A stretch of 46,429 bases of DNA, taken from a virus (taxonomy: Duplodnaviria > Caudoviricetes). The translations under genes and the position numbers were made by a program. This document shows positions 42,045 to 46,429 of the stretch, piece after piece (positions within the stretch are counted from its first letter, which is position 1; every line of letters starts with the position of its first letter). The stretch lies in the IMG/VR virus record IMGVR_UViG_3300030332_001059, positions 1 to 46,429 of that record; one strand, given 5' to 3'. Below the pieces are notes generated by a model. The model had not been told where the DNA came from, did not search any database, and saw nothing but the letters and a program-made list of their open reading frames with translations.

Positions 42045-42926
42045 CTAGAGTCCTTCAACCCGGATCGTCCCGTCGCTATACGCCGGGCCGGAGAATGTTT
42101 TTTCAAAGTCTTGATAGGCGCCGAAAACGATCAGCGAGTCGTAAAGCTCGCTGCCGATAAAGACGGCGGGTTGGTCGCGCTCGTTGTCCAAAATCCGGAC
42201 GAATCGATCTATGGAAGCTGTCGGGCCGATGACCTCGAAATTCACGCGCTTGACCGATTGGCGGCGCACGAATGTGGTCCGCCCGAATGCGTCTGTTCTG
42301 CGAACGCCGAAGCGAACGGTCCCCACTGAGGTGCCGTTTAGGGTCAGGGCGATCTCACGAACAAAGCCAATCGACATCTCTGCACAAGCCGCATTGGTGG
42401 CTGTGATTTCAGCGTTGATGGTGGCCGCGCCGTAGGGCGGCAGGTTCAGAAACGCGAGGTCGAAACGCTGCTGGAATGGCTCGAAGCAGTAGGTGTAGAA
42501 GTCGACGACATTGCTGTTGTCGATAAGGCTCACGGTCTCGTCGAAAACCACGCCATCCGTTGGATCTTCCATCCAAACCCGGATCTCGCCGCCGCCACCC
42601 AGGCGGTTGAACACCACCGCATTGACGATTGATCCGGGCGTAATCGCCACGGTGATTTCGTCGGCGTTGGTGGTCTGATCCAGCGTCGATCCGTCGAACA
42701 TGCGCCAGCGGTTGACCTTGCCCAACAGCCCCCAGGTTGGCGGGTCTGCGACGGCTCCGGCGGTTGGTTCGTCGGTCGTGCTGCTGACAAGCACCTGGTA
42801 CAAGTCCAGCCCGACGCGTCGCTGTTCGCCAAGGTTGTGGGTGCCCGCTGACCATTCCGTTTCACTCAGCGGCACGCTGGACGTGAGCGCACTGACCTCT
42901 ACGGGCGTGATGCTGACGATTTTCAT
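42045..42926 (-). CDS. Tail tip / distal tail protein
   Basis: 293 aa directly after tape measure; NRWRMFDG and TDAFGRTTFVRR. Confidence 0.72.
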   Translation of the reverse strand: MKIVSITPVEVSALTSSVPLSETEWSAGTHNLGEQRRVGLDLYQVLVSSTTDEPTAGAVADPPTWGLLGKVNRWRMFDGSTLDQTTNADEITVAITPGSIVNAVVFNRLGGGGEIRVWMEDPTDGVVFDETVSLIDNSNVVDFYTYCFEPFQQRFDLAFLNLPPYGAATINAEITATNAACAEMSIGFVREIALTLNGTSVGTVRFGVRRTDAFGRTTFVRRQSVKRVNFEVIGPTASIDRFVRILDNERDQPAVFIGSELYDSLIVFGAYQDFEKTFSGPAYSDGTIRVEGL

Positions 42927-45900
42927 TCGATCACCTGCATGGGCACGCCTTGGGTTTCCACGCGATCAAGCGTGTTGGCGCTGCGCGCCGTGTTCCGGGC
43001 GGTCTGGGTCATGACGTTATTGAGCGAAGCCACCTCGCGGCGCAGCGCCGCCACCTCGGCACGCAACGCAGGGTCACCACCACCACCCACCGCCGCCCCG
43101 ATCTGCTGTTGGTTCCAGATCCGTGAAGGGCCGGTTGCCTCAAGCTCGGGGCCGTTTTCACCCACCACGCGCAAGCCGCCCGAATGCATGCCGCCACTGG
43201 CAAAGCCGGGCACCGATTCGGACAAGATCGCCCCGATGCTGCCCTCGATGCCGCGTAGCGCCGATAGCTGCTGCGAGGCCAGCGAGTTGGCGGTGTTGCC
43301 CTGTGATAGCAACTGCGCATGCTGCGCCCGCAATAGCTCCCCGCGCGCTGCATCAAGCTCCGCCTCGGCCTGAGCAACGCCCTGATTGGCGATGCGCAGT
43401 TGCTCGATTGCCGACACCGTGTTGTTGATGAGCCTGATCTGCTCATCGATCATCTCGATCTCGACCAGATGCTGTGCCTCGGCAACGGCCAATTCGCGGT
43501 CAGCGCGGGCCTGTGCGTAGATCAGGCTGCGTTCCAGCACATCAACGGTCCGTTCGTCCGCGCTCAGTTGTTTCTCGGCACGGCCGGCAAGCTGCGCAAG
43601 CGTTTCAGCCGTCAGCGATTGCGCCGTGGCCATCTCGATCTGCGACGCAAAATCGTCAGCCTCGAATTGCTGTGCCGCCGACACCGAGCGCTCAAGCCCC
43701 GGCGTAACGGACAAGCGCCCTGCCCCGATGCTTTGCAAGTTGCTCAGCGCCTGCGCACGCGAGAGCGACAGCCCGGCAACGCTGGACGCTGCACCGCTCA
43801 ACAGGCCCACAAGCGCCTGCGATGCACTGGCAACGTCACGCGCACCAGCAATGCGGGCGTTGATCGATGCCGTCTCGGCTGCGAGTTGATCGCGGATGCC
43901 CTCTTGGATCACCGCAAACCGTGCGCGCTCGCCTTCGATCTGTTCGTTCAGCACCGCGACCTGAGCGTTGCGCTGTGCTTCCTGAGCTTGTTCCAAAGCC
44001 TGCTCGGCGCTGCTGACGCGGGATTGCGCTGCGGTGATAGCGTCGGCCATGGCCTGCTGGGCTGCGGCGGCTGTTTCAGCGGCGCGGGCGGCCAACAACG
44101 CCCCGACTTCCAACTCGCTCAGCCGGTTGACCAGTTCAATCAACCCAACGTCCTGCCCGGCCTCAGCACGTAGGTCGCGGAAGCGTTGCTCAAGCTGCGT
44201 CATCTCGGGGTCGAGCGAGGTCAGCACGGCGATCTGATCGAGCAAGCCGCGTGACTGCTGATAGCGTGCGGCGGCCAGTGCTAGTTCGGCTTGGCGGGCT
44301 TGTTCAGACGCGGCGGCTACCTGCTCCGCGTTGCGTGCAGCCTCATCCGCCCGCTGATCCAGTGTGTCGAAGAACTGCCCCAGCTGCGGCGCTGCGGCGA
44401 GTAGTACTTCGTAAGCACGGATGCCAGATTCGGTCGTCAGATCTAGCCCCTGCACGATACCCAGCAGATTTTCCCGGCTGTCGGTCAGCGCAACGCCGAC
44501 TTCACCCAAGGCACCTGACAATACGGTCCTCAGATTTTCGAATTGCTGCTCCGATGTCAGCAACACCGATTGCAGAGACGACATTGAGCCGGACAACTGA
44601 TCGCCAAACACCTGAGACAGACGCTCGGCCTGCTCGAAAAGAGCCACGCCCGACAAAGACGTGTTGAGGCCCATCAACCCGGCGTCCAGGCCCTGGGCCT
44701 GCGCAGTGATGCGTGCGAACGTGGTGGCGACCGTTTCACCCTCGCGCGAGAAGTCGCGGATACCGGGGACGATGCGTTCAGCAATCACGGTGGCGAGGTC
44801 ATCAAACGCCAGTTGAGCGCCGTTCTCGTCGCGGAAGATGTCGCGTTGAATCGTCGCACTCAGGTCAAGCCCGGTGCCCGCAAGACGCGCCGCCTGCCCA
44901 GCTGTTTCGGCCAGCGAATCGAATGCGGCTTGGAATATCTCGGTGTTGAACTCTTCAGACCACGCGCGCCACTTGCGGCCACGAAAGCCGGAGCGCTTGC
45001 GGCTCTGCGTGACCCAGAGCATGGATTCGATCACGCCGTCCTCGACGGATAGCGTCAGCTCCTGCCCAACGGTTCTGAATTTGGTCCCGAAAGCTCCGCC
45101 GCCGGTGATGCGGTCAAGACCGCTGGCAACAAGTGACAACGGGTTAAGCACTGCAGCCGCGCCCTGGACGTTTTCGCCGACACGGCTGTTATCGACGGCC
45201 AGGCCGCGACCGACTGCAAATAGTCCAGCAGCCCCAGCCGCCCCAAGGGCCAGCATGCCCGGCGAAAGCGCAGTGAGGCTTGCGCTTAGATTAGTCAGCG
45301 ATGAGGCCAGCGTCGGGAACGTGTTGCCGATGGCATCGATCAGCGGCAGCGTGCCGTTAAAGATCGCGGCCCCGATGCCGCCGCTCGTCCCGCCCAACAG
45401 GCCAGCGATGCCACCGCCACCCGTCAGAGATGAAAACGCCGCCCCGCCGATCTGGCCAATAGCGCTCTGAATGCCTGAAACGATGAAGCTGATTGTCGGG
45501 CGCAGCACCAGTGACTGGAACTGCGCCTTGAGTACGTCGATGAAATTGTCAGCAAAACTCTTGCCCGCCTCAAAGCCCCGCAGCAGGCCATCAGTGATGC
45601 CGCGATTCAGCTCATCACGCATACGCTGCGCAGCAGCTGCGGTTTCGTCTGCGGCGCGTTGGGCGGCAGTTGCGGCTTCTTCTTGGGCGCGCTTGTTGGC
45701 TTCGGCGGTTGCGGTAGCGGCGCGCGCGGCTTCATTCTGCGCATTGGCTAGGCCCTCGGTCACTTGTTGCTGCACCATCAACTGCCGCGTCAGCGCATCT
45801 GCCGCTTCAAACTCAGCGACAAACCGCGCTTCGGATTCGGTGCGGCCATCGCGCATCAGTTCGTTGATGCGGGTCTGAAAAGCGATCTGTTCTTGCAGGT

Positions 45901-46429
45901 CGGCTAGGCGGTCGGCTTCGGCGGTGGAGAGGTTGCCAATGGCGTCGGCTGCGGCAGTTGCGGCGGTTTCTGTCTCGCCAAGCACAATCGGCACCGGCTT
46001 GACCGCCTCATTCAGCCGACGGATGTCATTGGCGGTCTTCTCGATTGCGCCTGCGACGTTGTTCATCTCGACGGCGATCTGAGTGGCGCCGAAGGTGTCG
46101 CCCGCCGCTATCGCAGCTTGGCGTTGCGCTTCATAGATGCCCATCGCGTTGGCAAGCCGTTGAATTTGCGCCTGCGCCTCTTCCACGCCACGTAATTGGT
46201 CGGGTGCCAGCAATGGCCCGCCAGAACGTAAGCGTTCTGCCTCATCAGCCAATTCGCTGATTGATTTCTGAGGCGCTCCGGACAGCTCTCCAGCCGCATC
46301 ACGTGCCCGGTTGAACCAAAGCACCAGAGCGGTCAGTCCAACGACCACGGCGCCGATAGGGCCGCCAACCAAAGCCAGCGCGCCACGGACGACGGCGATT
46401 CCGGCAGCGAGTGCCCTTGCGCCAAGGGG
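42923..46429 (-). CDS. Tape measure protein, C-terminal part (joins 1..1428)
   Basis: Ala-rich helical sequence with hydrophobic Gly-rich segments; C-terminal PGFASGGMHSGGLRVVGENGPELE motif. Confidence 0.92.
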   Translation of the reverse strand, partial: PLGARALAAGIAVVRGALALVGGPIGAVVVGLTALVLWFNRARDAAGELSGAPQKSISELADEAERLRSGGPLLAPDQLRGVEEAQAQIQRLANAMGIYEAQRQAAIAAGDTFGATQIAVEMNNVAGAIEKTANDIRRLNEAVKPVPIVLGETETAATAAADAIGNLSTAEADRLADLQEQIAFQTRINELMRDGRTESEARFVAEFEAADALTRQLMVQQQVTEGLANAQNEAARAATATAEANKRAQEEAATAAQRAADETAAAAQRMRDELNRGITDGLLRGFEAGKSFADNFIDVLKAQFQSLVLRPTISFIVSGIQSAIGQIGGAAFSSLTGGGGIAGLLGGTSGGIGAAIFNGTLPLIDAIGNTFPTLASSLTNLSASLTALSPGMLALGAAGAAGLFAVGRGLAVDNSRVGENVQGAAAVLNPLSLVASGLDRITGGGAFGTKFRTVGQELTLSVEDGVIESMLWVTQSRKRSGFRGRKWRAWSEEFNTEIFQAAFDSLAETAGQAARLAGTGLDLSATIQRDIFRDENGAQLAFDDLATVIAERIVPGIRDFSREGETVATTFARITAQAQGLDAGLMGLNTSLSGVALFEQAERLSQVFGDQLSGSMSSLQSVLLTSEQQFENLRTVLSGALGEVGVALTDSRENLLGIVQGLDLTTESGIRAYEVLLAAAPQLGQFFDTLDQRADEAARNAEQVAAASEQARQAELALAAARYQQSRGLLDQIAVLTSLDPEMTQLEQRFRDLRAEAGQDVGLIELVNRLSELEVGALLAARAAETAAAAQQAMADAITAAQSRVSSAEQALEQAQEAQRNAQVAVLNEQIEGERARFAVIQEGIRDQLAAETASINARIAGARDVASASQALVGLLSGAASSVAGLSLSRAQALSNLQSIGAGRLSVTPGLERSVSAAQQFEADDFASQIEMATAQSLTAETLAQLAGRAEKQLSADERTVDVLERSLIYAQARADRELAVAEAQHLVEIEMIDEQIRLINNTVSAIEQLRIANQGVAQAEAELDAARGELLRAQHAQLLSQGNTANSLASQQLSALRGIEGSIGAILSESVPGFASGGMHSGGLRVVGENGPELEATGPSRIWNQQQIGAAVGGGGDPALRAEVAALRREVASLNNVMTQTARNTARSANTLDRVETQGVPMQVIE
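46331..46428. repeat. Terminal direct repeat, copy 2
   Basis: Identical to 1-98; base 46429 differs from base 99. Confidence 0.95.

Overview
This window is an essentially complete, circularly permuted genome (about 46,330 bp; bases 1-98 are repeated at 46331-46428) of a GC-rich temperate siphovirus of a Gram-negative, probably proteobacterial, host. It has lambdoid regulation. The minus strand carries cro, a cII-like regulator, a replication initiator, primase-helicase, an orphan DNA methyltransferase, nin-type nucleases and a Q-like antiterminator with its late promoter and terminator. These are followed by terminase, DUF1073 portal, DUF2213 protease, DUF2184 capsid, neck and tail genes, tape measure (split across the window ends), tail-tip genes and lysis genes. 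The plus strand carries cI, two envelope-protein morons, a recombination/early operon, a large serine integrase with a predicted attP inside its own 3' end (tRNA-fMet target) and a small four-gene cassette. Most unusual features: (1) a translationally coupled block of three glycosyltransferase-like genes and a methyltransferase between the tail terminator and tail tube genes, a candidate virion-glycosylation system; (2) a late-leader region with a 110-nt tRNA mimic, a tRNA-Trp-like gene split just after its anticodon by an endonuclease VII ORF, and dense hairpin arrays; (3) a non-standard lysis module with a lipoprotein endolysin, a degenerate T4-type lysozyme and a spanin-position protein with an N-terminal TM and C-terminal beta-signal. 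All family calls come from manual motif recognition; no searches were run.
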